Shown here: one piece after another, positions 22,179 through 34,800 of the stretch
Layout of the letters: every line of letters starts with the position of its first letter
How positions within the stretch are numbered: the stretch's first letter is position 1
Source: Nymphaea colorata
Lineage: Eukaryota
Assembly (NCBI RefSeq): GCF_008831285.2
Contig: NC_045138.2
Span: 43,338,001-43,402,000, forward strand
Reading direction: 5' to 3'
Length of the DNA stretch: 64,000 bases
Notes under the pieces: generated by a model
Seen by the model: only the letters and a program-made list of their open reading frames with translations
Database searches by the model: none
What the model was told of the DNA's origin: nothing
Made by a program: the position numbers and the translations under genes

Positions 22179-25100
22179 TGTTGAAGGTTATTGGTATATG
22201 GGTCCAGATCTGGACCCGATCCAGTATGTCCTTATTAGGGCATACTTATAGCATTGTAACCCTAATCTTTGGTGCTAATGAAATCTTAAGAGAGAGAGAG
22301 TCTGGCGCATACTTATAGCATTGTAACCCTAATCTTTGGTGTTAATGAAATCTTAAGAGAGAGAGAGTCTTGCGGCTAGTGGGCACCGGCTCCTCCTCAT
22401 CCGTGGTTTTTTTTCCCTCTAGTTGAGGGTTTTTTCCACGTTACATCGTGATCGTCGTTTTCTTTCTCTCCTTGTTCGTGTTTCTACATGGTATCAGAGC
22501 CGTGAAGTTTCGGCGTTACTGGTTGGTCATTTGTCTTTTGTTCGTGTTGGAGGAGGATTCGCCCGGCACTGTTCATCGCCTGGCACTGTTCATCGACTCG
22601 CCCGGCGCTGTTCATCGTCTCGCCCGGCACTGTTCATCGCACGCACCTGACGCCTGCGCCCGACGCACGTGCCCGAGCTTCGCCCGTCGCACCCGAGGCC
22701 TCCGCCCAGCGACGACCTGCCCAGCGCCGCTCAGGTTCCGGCCCTTTTTCCGGCGACCTAGCGCCGCCCTCTGCTTCCGCCTGGTTCTGCAACCCACCTA
22801 GCGCCGCTCTGCCTCTGCCTCCGCCTGGTTCCGGCGATCTGTCTCCGCCTGGTTCTGACGACCCGCCCAGCGCCGTTCTCTCGGTTTTTCGACGCCGCCC
22901 TCTTGCTGTCTCTACCGCCGGTGGGGTTTCGGCGTTCTCCTCCGTTTTGTCTGTTGCCTGCTCCCTGCCTATCTGCTATTTTTTGTGCTGTGTTGTGCTG
23001 CTGCTTCCTGTCTCCCTTGTTGTCGAGACTTGCTCTCTGTCGCTGCCCTTGCTGCCGACCGGACGTCGCCCTTTGGTATTCCGCTGGTGCCTCTCGAGTT
23101 TTACCGCCGCCCGTGCCCGTTGCTAGACTGGTCTGTGATTATGGCAGCTTCTTCCTCGTCAACCGTCAACACAAATCAAACCGAAATCGGAGCTTTTAGA
23201 ACTGAGAATGTTCCCATGCAGGTCATCACTCTTCGCCTTACAAAGGAGAACTATTTCTCGTGGTCGCCTGCTATGACTATGGGGATTGCTGGCCGTGGTC
23301 GGATGGCCTATATCGATGGGAGCAACCCCGAACCAGCAAGAACAAGTGGTGTGTGGCATACTTGGTTTCTTGAGGATAATCAAGTGAAAACTTAGATTGT
23401 CAACTCCGTCTCCGCCGATATTCAGCCCCTTATCCTTCGGAAGAAGACTGCTAGAGACATGTGGGTGGTCCTAGAGCAAATGTATGGCCAAAAGAAAACG
23501 GCAATTCGTACTTACCAAATAATCAAGACAGTCTATGGCCTTCGACAAGGGAACTCTTCTGTTGCAGAGTACTATGGGGCTTTGAAAGCCAAGTGGGAAG
23601 AGCTTGACTATCATTTTGATATTCCTTGGCATTGTCCCCAAGATCAGGCACTTTATGTTGCTCAGGAATGGGAAAACAGGGTGTTCCTCTTTTTAGCAGG
23701 TTTAAATGATGAGTTTGAAGGTGTTAGAAGCCAGATTCTGAATTCAGGAGAGGTGTCCAGTATTGAAGATGTGTACTCCTGTGTTGAAGCGAAAGAACAG
23801 AGAAGGCTTGTTACAAATGAGGGGAAGAGGGATCTTGTGCCCTATCATAAGAGATCCGCTCTTGTGAGTCGTGGTCCTTGCGGCCCGTCTAGATCCCTTC
23901 GCAGATGCACTCACTGCAAGAAGACTGGTCACACCGTGGATTATTGTTGGGATCTTCATCCAGAGAAGAAGGGAAACAAAGGGAGGTCTTCTATTGGGAG
24001 GATGCCTGTGTCTGAGGTGCAAAAATCCAGTGGAGAAAAAGTCTCCATTTCTGCTGACCAGCTTCGTGAACTGAGGGCCTACTTGGGTCGGATCGATGTC
24101 AACCAGGCCGCGACACCTGATGAGACAAAAGCTAATCAAGCTCTTGCAGTTATTGGCGATACAGGTAACTCTTCTGTGGGGGAATGGATTGTGGATAGTG
24201 GTGCCACTCACCACATGACAGGTAACCCAAAATTGTTTCATGAATATAAGTTACCTTCGGGAAGGGAACGAGGTTCTCTCGCAGATGGTTCATCTACTGT
24301 TGTGGCAGGTGAAGGGACTCTGTCCTTGTTGGACAAATTTCATGTGCGGGGAGCATTACATGTTCTCCAGTTTCCCTTAAATCTCTTGTCAGTTAGTAAA
24401 CTTACTAAAGAGCTGAACTGTGAACTTATTTTTTCTGTCGACCGTTGTGTTTTGCAGGACTTGGTGACAGGAAAGAGGATTGGGATTGGTTTGGCGTCTG
24501 ATGGCCTATATCGTCTTCTCATACATGTGGCTACAGCTCTTATGACAGCGATTAGCAAGACAGAAAAACGGAGAGAAGATTGTCTTCAGTCTTTTTTGTA
24601 CTGGCATGAACGTTTTGGGCATTTACCTTTTGGGATTTTGAAACAGTTGTTTCCCGATTTGTGTTCTTCTTTGAACTTGTCTTTGATTTCTTGTGATGTG
24701 TGTCAGTTTGCCAAACATGTGAGGGCTTCGTACCCTGTTTCTACTGGTTGTGTTAATGAAGCTTTTTCTTTGGTTCACTCGGATGTGTGGGGGCCTTCGG
24801 GAATTCATACCCGTCAAGGTTTTCAGTATTTTATCACTTTTATTGATGATTACTCTCGGGCTACCTTTGTGTACTTGTTAAAAGATCGCAGTGAGGTTCC
24901 TCATATCATAGAGACTTTCATCCTTCTTGTGCACACTCAATATGGTGGCAATATTAAAACCTTCAGGTCCGATAATGCCCGTGAGTATATGTGTCAGTCT
25001 GTTGAGGATTTTCTTCGACAAAGGGGGATTGTTCATGAGACTTCTTGTAGTTATACCTCTCCACAAAATGGAGTGGCTGAAAGAAAAAATCGCCAGCTTC

Positions 25101-27689
25101 TTAATGTCACCAGGGCCCTTCTGTTTCAGAGAAATCTTCCCAAACACTATTGGGGTGATGCTGTCCTCACTAGTGCGTATCTCATCAACCGCATGCCCAG
25201 TCGTGTTCTGAATGGTCGGACTCCCCATTCATTACTTCCTGACAGTCGTCCACCATTTCTACTTCCTCCTCGTGTTTTTGGCTGTGTGTGTTTTATACAT
25301 AATCACAGCCCTAATATTAAAAAACTTGATCCCAGGTCTATCAAAGGTGTGTTTGTTGAGTATTCCCCTACTCAAAAAGGATACAGATGTATTGACCCCC
25401 TCACTGGTAGAGTTTATGTTACGAGGGATGTTACCTTCTTGAAACATGCCTCTTACTTTGGTGAGAATCCTCTTCAGGGGGAGAAGTCTGTGGTTAGGGA
25501 AGAGTATTCTCACTTTCTCAGAGTCAGGAACTCCAATTTACAGATTTTTTGGACTACAGGAAAGCAGAACCTCTCACTGTTGTTGATGTGGCTGAGAAGG
25601 AGGAAGGGTGTGACACTGGTATTGAGAAGGAAGGCAATTGTTTGTTTGGACAGGTCTACTCTAGACGAGGTGCTCGGACAGAGGATGTGACTTGTGGTGC
25701 GAGATCTACTGCCAATCCCAATGTCACTCCTTCCTTGGATGAACCAAGTCCTCCCTTGAAGACTCAAGATGAGGGTGAAAAGAAAAATGAAGATCTTCCC
25801 ATTGCCCTGAGAAATGGTGTCAGGTCATGTACTGAACACCCTATTGGTAATTTTGTATCTTATTCCAGACTTGGCAAGGATTACAAGTGTTTTGTTTCTT
25901 CTCTTTCCTTGGCTGTGATTCCCAGGACCGTTGCTGAAGCTCAAAGTGATTTCAAGTGGGCTGATGCTATGGAAGAAGAAATGGAAGCCTTGAGAAGAAA
26001 CATGACATGGGAAGTTGTGAAGATTCCTGAGACGGCTCACCTAGTTGGATCCAAATGGGTGTATGCCATCAAGTACAAACCAGATGGAAGTGTTGAAAGA
26101 TATAAAGCTCGTCTTGTGGCCAAGGGGTTTAGCCAAAAATATGGAATTGACTACTGGGAGAGCTTTGCTCCTGTTGCGAAAATGAAGACAGTTAGAGTTG
26201 TTATATCCCTAGCTGTGATGAAGGAGTGGAAAATGTACCAACTAGATGTTAAGAATGTCTTCCTTAATGGTGACCTCGAAGAAGAAGTCTATATGCATAT
26301 GCCTCCAGGATATGAAGAACCAGAGCAGTGTTGTAAGCTGAAAAAGGCCTTATATGGCCTCAAGCAGTCACCCAGAACATGGTTCGAACGACTGAGACGA
26401 GTAATGCAACATCATGGGTACAAACAAGGGAATGGAGATCACACTCTATTTGTGAAGAAAAAAGAGGGCAGGGTCACTCTTCTACTTGTTTATGTGGATG
26501 ACATGATAGTCACAGGAAATGATGAGAGGAGATCATCAAGTTAAAAGGGTTACTAGCTACGGAATTTGATCTCAAGGATCTTGGCAAGCTGAGGTATTTC
26601 CTTGGTATTGAGATTGCTAGATCTAGTACTGGCCTTGTGCTAAAGCAAAGGAAATACACATTAGACCTGTTGGAAGAGTGATAAATTGGGGTGTAGACCT
26701 GCTTCTACCCGACTTGACACAGGACACAAGTTGAGACTTAGAGATGGAGAGCTGCTCGGTGAAGAAGCTAAGAGAAGATATCAACGTCTGGTTGGGAAGT
26801 TGATCTATCTTACTCTCACGAGACCAGATATTACCTTTGCGGTGAATGTATTGAGTCAATTTATGCATGCACCTACTGATGCACATCTGAAGGCTGTGGA
26901 CAGAGTTTTATGTTACTTGAAGAGAAATCCTGGCAAGGGACTCTTGTATGTGAAACAAGAGACTGTTGAGATCGAGGGGTATTCTGATGCAGACTGGGCA
27001 GGTTGTGCTGATACTAGACGGTCAAATACAGGGTACTGTGTCTACTTAGGAGGAAACCTTGTAGTATGGAGGAGTAAGAGACAGGATGTATGTTCTCGAT
27101 CTAGTGCAGAGGGAGAATATAGAGCCGTTGCTATGGGGGTGTTAGAGTTACTATGGTTGAAAATATTGTTGACTGATATTGGAATAGAGATTGAAGGACC
27201 TATGAAGATGTACTGTGACAACAAGTACCATGTTCTACATGACAGAACAAAGCATGTTGAAATTGATCGTCACTTCATCCATGAAAGGATTGATGCTAAA
27301 GAGTTGATCTTACCTTACATGAAGTCTGAAGACCAAACCGCTGATATTCTGACGAAAGCTCTATCTTCAATCTTCAACTTCATTTGAGAGAAATGTATCC
27401 AAGTTGGTCATGTTTGATATGTATGCCCAACTTGAGGGGGAGTGTTGAAGGTTATTGGTATACGGGTGTCCAGATCTGGACCCGATCCAGTATGTCCTTA
27501 TTAGGGCATACTTATAGCATTGTAACCCTAATCTTTGGTGTTAATGAAATCTTAAGAGAGAGAGAGAGTCTGGCGGCTAGTGGGCACCGGCTCCTCCTCA
27601 TCCGTGGTTTTTTTTCCCTCTAGTTGAGGGTTTTTTCCACGTTACATCGTGATCGTCGTTTTCTTTCTCTCCTTGTTCGTGTTTCTACA
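22179..27689 (+). mobile_element. Ty1/Copia LTR retrotransposon, full length, nested, related to 9930-15106
   Basis: LTRs 22179-22488 and 27443-27689; TSD AGTTC at 22174-22178 and 27690-27694; PBS 22489-22500; PPT GAGGGGGAG before 27443. Confidence 0.96.
23141..27445 (+). pseudogene. disrupted Copia gag-pol
   Basis: ORF pieces 22985-23395 (TAG), 23459-25690, 25549-26544 and 26686-27387 carry gag, PR, IN, RT and RH motifs; several frameshifts and a small RH deletion. Confidence 0.9.
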
Positions 27690-27769
27690 AGTTCTATCAT
27701 GTTGTATAGATTTATTGGCAGCCATGCTAGAACCTCAAAAATAAGAGAATATAAAAGCCCACGGTAGAC

Positions 27770-28130
27770 TGAATGTAGCCTAACATGTACAGATTTACTG
27801 CAGCCAGATTTCAACACAAACCTACGACAGACTGAGTCACTGAATATAGACTAACATGCACAGATTTACTGCAGCCAGAGTTCAACAAAAACCTACCTGC
27901 TCCACTCAACTTCGATGATGCTTTAACTGTGAGAATTAACCAGGCACCACAAGGCCAAGCAGCTTAGAATTTCTCTGGACTGAATTTCTTCAACGGCATC
28001 AACTGAGTCAGGTTTGATACACTGCAACATTCAGATCTGAACGACAACAACTTGTCAATGGGCATCAACTGAGTCAGATCTGATACACTGCGACATTCAG
28101 ATTTGAACAACGACAACAACTTGTCAACGG
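27770..28130. repeat. two pairs of imperfect ~65-75 bp tandem duplications in the 5' leader of the old Copia
   Basis: ctaacatg(t/c)acagatttactgcagccag x2; ggcatcaactgagtcag...acttgtcaa x2. Confidence 0.75.
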
Positions 28131-29100
28131 CATTAGATTTGGTTCTTCAGCAACATCACGACTTTGATAGCAACATAAGGGTGCAAATCACATCTCTACA
28201 TGCTGAACGTGATTAGTCCCTTTCCACCAAACAATCTGTGTTTCTTTTGTAAGCAGCAGAAACTTTAGACGTGTAACCTTAGCTTGAATGAAGAGAAGAG
28301 GAATGAGGGAAGCAGCGTGAAACCCTATATGGCACAGTCCTAGGTCTGTTTCGCTGATACCATGTTACTTAGAGAAGTAGATAGGAAGGAGAAGAAGAGA
28401 ACGTGAGGAAGAAAGAGAGAGTAGGTAGCAGTCCACAATCTGTCGGCTGCTCCTTTTCCTTTAGACTAAATAATGATTAGGGTTATGTTTAACCCTTTAC
28501 ATAAAGAGTCCAACAAAACTTTAAAATTAAGAAAGCTACCTAATGCTAAAATTCTAAAATACAAAGAACCTCAAATCCCAAACCCGTACGTTTCCTCACC
28601 AGAATATATGATCCTTTGTAAATAACGAAGTTTCTACAAGTATGCCTAGTGATGTTGTGCACTATGAAAATAGTGCAGGGACTGAATTTATTAGGTTCAT
28701 AACTTATAAACCAAGAAATAGAACCATTTGTGAAGAACACGATCAGTCTTTAAAAGATCTTGAAGATCTACAATCCAGGAGATCAGTCTCTTTTTAACAT
28801 CTGTAACTTGCTGCAACTTGGACCAAAAAAAAGTCTAAGCCCCGTCTCCGTTTTTGTATAGGAAGCTTATACTTGAAGAAAAAAAAAATCCAAGCCCATC
28901 TCATTTTGGTACCAGAGCTAGGTTATATATTTTTTATCCCATACTAAACGATTTCTACTATCCCTACTTGGGATCTAGAAAGGGGTATCTTTGCCAAGAG
29001 ACATTTCTAGTGATCCGCCCGTTTGAGGAAATCAGCCTAGCAAACTGGAATTTCATTAAAGAATTCCTAAGTATACATCACATACAAACATACAAATATG

Positions 29101-30092
29101 CAGTGTTGTACGTATTGTATGATACGGGGCCGTATCATACGATACGCATCGTATCATTTACAAAATACGATACGATACACCCCATGTAACGTAAATGGGG
29201 GTGTATCGTGTCTGTATTGTACGATATGGGCTGATTTCAAAAAAGGGAGGCTCGAATCCCCTTTTTTTGAGTTTTCTCTATAAAAACCTGTCCCTTCTTC
29301 ATTTCTAACCTAGAGATTGTGCCGTTGTGGAGGGAAATCATCGATTTCCATCGTTAAATCATCGATTTTTAAAGTGAAATCATCGATTAAACCATCAATT
29401 TGTGTGTGGGTGGCTGATTCTCGTTGGGAGGAAAGGGGTGTTTTTAAATCGTGAAGATGAAGATGAAGAAGATGGAGATGAGGATGAGAATGAATATGAT
29501 AAAGATTATGAATGAGAGTTAAGATTGCTTTCATTTTAAATGTATTAACATTGAACATTTTCACAATTTCATTATCATCTTGTGATGTAATACATAACAT
29601 CTAAAACTTGTTTTTTGATACGGTATCTCATAGACTTATGGACCTTATGACTTATGAATCTATGGTTATGAAATTATGATATACGTTATGTAATTGTTGA
29701 CTTGTTGTGCTTTCTAGATTGATATTGTTATGAATTTTGATGTTTACGAATGATGAACCGTAACTTTATAGCAATAATAAGTCTATCATTCTGTAAAACA
29801 TGTTTTTTATGAAGAACATATTATTCAAGCGTTTTTTTTAACGTTTAAAACGAAAATCGCATTTTTTTCAGTGTTTTTTCATTTTTTCAGTTTTTTTAAT
29901 GCCAAACAGTTTTTTTTTATTTTTTATTTTTTATTTGTTGCAAATCTACTTATCTTTTGATGTTTGTGTTATTAGTGTCTCACTTATTTTATTTTTCCTC
30001 CATTTTCAGTTTTTTAAAATTTACCATTTTTTCCGGTTTTTTTCAAGCTCGTCGCATCATACCTAAGAAAAACCTCGCCGTTTAAAACTTTG
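29101..30092 (+). mobile_element. degenerate hAT-like non-autonomous element/MITE
   Basis: Starts CAGTGTT with clustered CGATAC/GTATCG subterminal motifs and ends ...cgccgtttaaaactttg; the 3' part is homologous to 44300-44592; no TSD found. Confidence 0.55.
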
Positions 30093-30693
30093 GGACGTTA
30101 TTTGTAACTATGATATATATATATATATATATATAGTCATACCGGCACCCATTCAGTTAGCTCTGCCTGTGAAGAATCTCAGGATGACCATTGTACTGTG
30201 TTGGTGCAGGAACTGTCTGCTATGTAAAGTGTCCATGTGACACAGGACCCCATCAAATCATAAGTTTGTTTGTATGTGTGTGTGAGAGAGAAAGGAGAGA
30301 AAGAGAAAGAGCTGCATGGTCCTCTGGTGCTCCAACAGTTGGAAAGGAATCGCGCAAACCCATTCTTGCACAGAAGCGAGCAAGTCAAGGGGTTGCTACC
30401 CCTTTATGTGCACTAGGTAAAGCAACAGGAGATGCAAGAAAAATGTGTGATCCCTTTGGCCAGACAACATAAAGGGAAAAATAGAAGCTAGCACAGGTAT
30501 CATACTCAGGACAGTCTGTGTCCTTGCTGAGGACAAATCAGAAAAGACAAAGAGGAAAAAAAGAGAGAATGAAATGAAAAGGGAAGAGAAGAAAGTATTT
30601 ATAGAATTCCTAGAGTTATCCTTATTAGAAACTTTACCACAAGAAAACCAATATACTTTCCAAGTTTTGGTTGGCCTGGCTTTAGGAAATTAC

Positions 30694-30763
30694 CTTTGAC
30701 CAAAGTACATGATCTTTAGAGCAACAAATCGAGTGCTTTTGCACATGGGCCTTGAACAACGAC
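30694..30763 (-). CDS. PUS3: tRNA pseudouridine(38/39) synthase, exon 4 (GRCSRPMCKSTRFVALKIMYFGQ)
   Basis: tgcag acceptor and gtaat donor; RFVALKIMYFG is the TruA/PUS3 motif I. Confidence 0.9.
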
Positions 30764-31022
30764 CTGCATTCACCAAAATAACCTAGGGATCAATCAGACA
30801 GAAAAAGGTATACAAGAGATGCAGAAAACATATAAAATCACAGATATTATGGAGCAATTTAAAAGATCATTTCACACCTTTAGATGGCTAATACAGGGTA
30901 AAGAAGCATATATTCACCAGAAAATGAATGCAACATGAACATATGTTTCTTTTTGGACAATTAATATGTAACTTTTGACTAAATAATGAAAATGATCATC
31001 TCACAATTTTAATGAAGATAAC

Positions 31023-31374
31023 CTGACACAGCCTCTTCTGATTGGTTCATTTTATGCTTCATCGCATTTTGACTGTCATATGAAGTTCCCACCTCATCAT
31101 GTTGATGCACATCTTCCTCAGTATCAACACCACCTGTGATAAGGGAAGAGAAATCTGTTTCACCTTTATTAGAAGCCACACGATCCTTGCTTGATGTATT
31201 AGATACATTTATCTTATCAATTGTGCATGGTGTTCCTTCTTGCTTCAAACTAAGGGATGAGGTATCCTCATCTGTGTGCAATTGATCATTTCCTTCCACA
31301 GCTCCACACCCTGCAGAATTTACTTTGGAACAGAGTTGTGTGTGCACAAGTCTTCGGTGAAAGGGCAACATATC
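31023..31374 (-). CDS. PUS3: tRNA pseudouridine(38/39) synthase, exon 3 (DMLPFHRR...EEAVS), acidic and probably disordered
   Basis: aatcag acceptor and gtatc donor; 352 nt open; phase 0 in, phase 1 out, which is what exon 4 needs to be in frame. Confidence 0.65.
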
Positions 31375-31857
31375 CTGATTCCAAACAGTAGCAAAAAAAT
31401 AAAAAAGCTGTGAGCAAAGGCTTGTTCATTACTTGCTAAGAATCATTTAATGTATCAAAAGTTCGACAAGGAAATGGAGAACAATGTGAAAAGAATGGAA
31501 AGGTGCTTTCATAGAAGGATGTATCAAGCAAGTGAGATAAAGTTAGTAAACTAAACCAACACAGGCACATAAAGTAAAACTACAAGCACAATGGAGAAGG
31601 GCCCAATGGAGTTTCTCTATCTTGAAAAGATATCTTAAACTAGATTTTAGATAATAGATTTTGCAAGAACTATACATTGATTTTTGAAATAACCACAATA
31701 GGTTTTATAAAATATTGAAAAGATCTTTGCAAGAATTGTACAGGAAAACCTATTAGTATTATCTCATAACTTATTTTGTTCTTTATATTTTTTAAGTTTA
31801 ACAATTTCCAATGTTTTCCTGATATTTTCCCAAGTAAATAACACATCTTGAGATAAT

Positions 31858-34800
31858 TGTTAAGATGTGGGCAGGCCTAGTCAGATCAAAGCCAACCTGA
31901 CTCATCTTAAGCACACGCATGGGTGGTGGCATACTTGTAATTTTTAATATTATTTTGTGTATTATGTTCGTAATTCGTATACTAAATTGTGATTAGTACA
32001 TAATGATAGCAAGGGGCAGGCATCAAGGTTGTTGCCATCATTCTTCTCTCTCTCTCTTGCACGAGCAGTTTATTCCTCTTCTTCTCCTTTTGTATCTACT
32101 AAGGACTCCACCTGGTGGTTTGGTGTTACATATCAAAAATCTTACATGGTATCAGAGCCAGGTTTTGCCACTAAGAATGTCCAGTAAGAATATCTAATTT
32201 CTGCCCTAACTCCAAAATTTCTGTTTTATTTGTGTTTGCGCTAATCCCTGCCATCTGCCCTAACCCTAATCCCTGCCGTCTGCCCTAATCCCAAAATTTT
32301 TGTTTTTATCTCTATTTTCCTGATAGTTGTTGTCTTCCCTAATTCCTGACGTCTACACTTAATCCTAAAATTTCTGCCCTAATCCTAAAATTTTTTATTG
32401 CTGCAACTATGGATCACAACCGCAATTCCACCATCTTGTCGTCCAGTATACTCTCTCAACTCATCTCACAAAAGCTAAACCATACCAACTATTTGACATG
32501 AAAACGTCAAACTGTCCCTTTCATCAAGAGTCACCATCTCTATGTACATCTCAATGGTACCACACCTGCGCCACCAGAACCAGAATGGATCATGCGAGAG
32601 GTGAAGAATGTTGCTGGACCAATTCAAGAAACCGTTGCAGAAATCAATCCTGAATATCAAACGTGGATGGCAAATCAATCCTGAATATCAGACGTGGATG
32701 GCTCATGATCAATCTCTTGTTGCATATCTTACCTCCACATTATCTGAAGAAGTTCTCGCGGGCGTTGATGATGATTTTTCAGCACTTGAGTTGTGGAATG
32801 TACTCGATACCATGTATTCTCAAGTATCAGAAGCGAGATTCCTGCAACTCAAGAGGCAAATTCAGGATACCAAGCGAGGAACACGCTCAGTTTTTAGTAC
32901 ATACATGAAATCAAAAATGTCAACGACCAGCTTGCAATCATAGGGCACCCAGTCAGTGACAAGGACAAGGTAGAGTAGGTTTTGAGTGGATTGGGGTCAG
33001 ATTTTAATGTTTTCTGCACTGCTTTAGAGGAATTACCTGTTCTTCCCTCTTTTGAAGACTTGAAAACAAAGTTGATTCAGCATGAAGAAGTCGTATATAG
33101 CGACAAGAATTACCTTATTCTGGTAGTCATAATGTGCTGGTCACTGGCACCCATGATTTGCAAAGAAGTCGTCCTAGAGTTTAGAACACACAGGTAGGGA
33201 TGGGGAGAGGTATTCTTCCTACACCAAACACAATACACAGGGAAATATACCACGAAGAATACCTACTTGTTTTTATAACAATAAGAAAGGTCATGTGAAG
33301 TCAAAATGTTGGCATAACCCCTAAAATAAAGGAAGACGGGTTAGACGTGACAATAAGGCTGCAGGATCAACTGTGTCGAACATGATAACGGCATCAAACA
33401 TTCCTCCTAATGTGTAGCAGATGTTAATGACAGCTCTATCCAGAGTCAATCTTAAACAAAACGAAGAAGGACAATAGTATGAGGATTCTGGTGTCGCAGC
33501 TCATGTGACTGATGATGCAGGTAAGTTCTCTAGTGCTCTCTCTTATTTAACTAAAGGCTCAGTTGTCACAGAAGATGGTTCTCATCACAAAATATCTCAT
33601 ATTGGAAATGCACACATATCCATGGCTCATTCCTCCATACCTTTAAAAGAATGTTCTTGTTGTTCCAAATGTCAAGAAAAATATCATTTCCATGTCAAAG
33701 CTTATTGATGATACTCATTCTTCTGTTGAGTTTAGTCCTTCTTCTGTTTATGTCAATGATGCTCGAACCAAGAAGACGTTCGCTGAGGGTGTTCGCAAAG
33801 GAGACATGTACGTCATTGAAGAAGCTTCAAAAGTGTCTAAGTCTTGTGTTTCAGATTCATCCTTTCCCAGTCATAGTGAAGTCAATATCACAGAGTATGA
33901 AATGCCATCTCTTTGGCACGGTCGTTTAGCACATTGTAGTCGGTCTTTCATTCAAAGTCATGTTGCAGACGGACTATTACAAAAGTCCAGTCTAAGTCCT
34001 GTCAGTGAGTCTAGCATGTGCTCAAGTTGTCATATTTATAAGAGTCACGCTCATCCTTTTCAATCAATAAATAAGCGAGCTTCGAAGTTATTTGACACCA
34101 TTTATTCTGATGTTTGGGGGCTTGCTCCTATTTCTTCTTCTTCCGGGAGTAAATATTATGTTGTTTTCATTTATTCTTATTCTCGTTACACTTGGATTCA
34201 CTTTATGAAAAGCAAATCAGAAGTTTTCCGCTTGTTCACCCAATTCCATGCCTTGGTCCAAAACAAATACTCGTAATATTGTGCATTTCCAATGTGATGG
34301 TGGTGGTGAGTTCATTTCAAATGAATTTACTGAGTATTTACTAAATTATAAGATCACTAGACAAATTTTCTGTCCACACATACCACAACAGAATGGTATT
34401 GCTGAAAGAAAGCATAGGCACATAGATGAAAGTGCTCTAAGTATGATGCATAACACAGATGTGCCCATGAATTTATGGAGTGAAGCCTTCCATACTGTTG
34501 TTCATGTTATTAATCAAGTACCACTATTCATACTTGAAGGAAAATCTCTATTCTTTATTTTACATCAAGAACAGCCAACTATGATGCACTACGTGTTTTT
34601 GGATGCATCTGTTATGTTCATGTTGATGTTTTCTTGAGAAATAAGTTTCAAAATGGAGTTGTTATGTGCAGATTTGTGAGTTATGCAGAGAATTATAAAG
34701 GCTATCGCTACTACAATCCAAAGACTAGACGTACGACATGTTGTTTTATGAGTACAAGTTGAAAAAGTTAAAGGAACCACATGCGATGTTCAATACAAGC

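Larger units (their letters stand above)
19740..28638 (-). mobile_element. old, 3'-truncated Copia (5' LTR, gag, protease, integrase; no RT), interrupted by the Copia at 22179-27689
   Basis: PBS-like TGGTATCAGC near 28353-28362 next to an LTR end at 28363; gag ATG at 27725; WIIDSGA, HVDAWGP, ERKHRHLL motifs with many stops and frameshifts. The outer LTR boundary (~28638) is uncertain. Confidence 0.8.
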
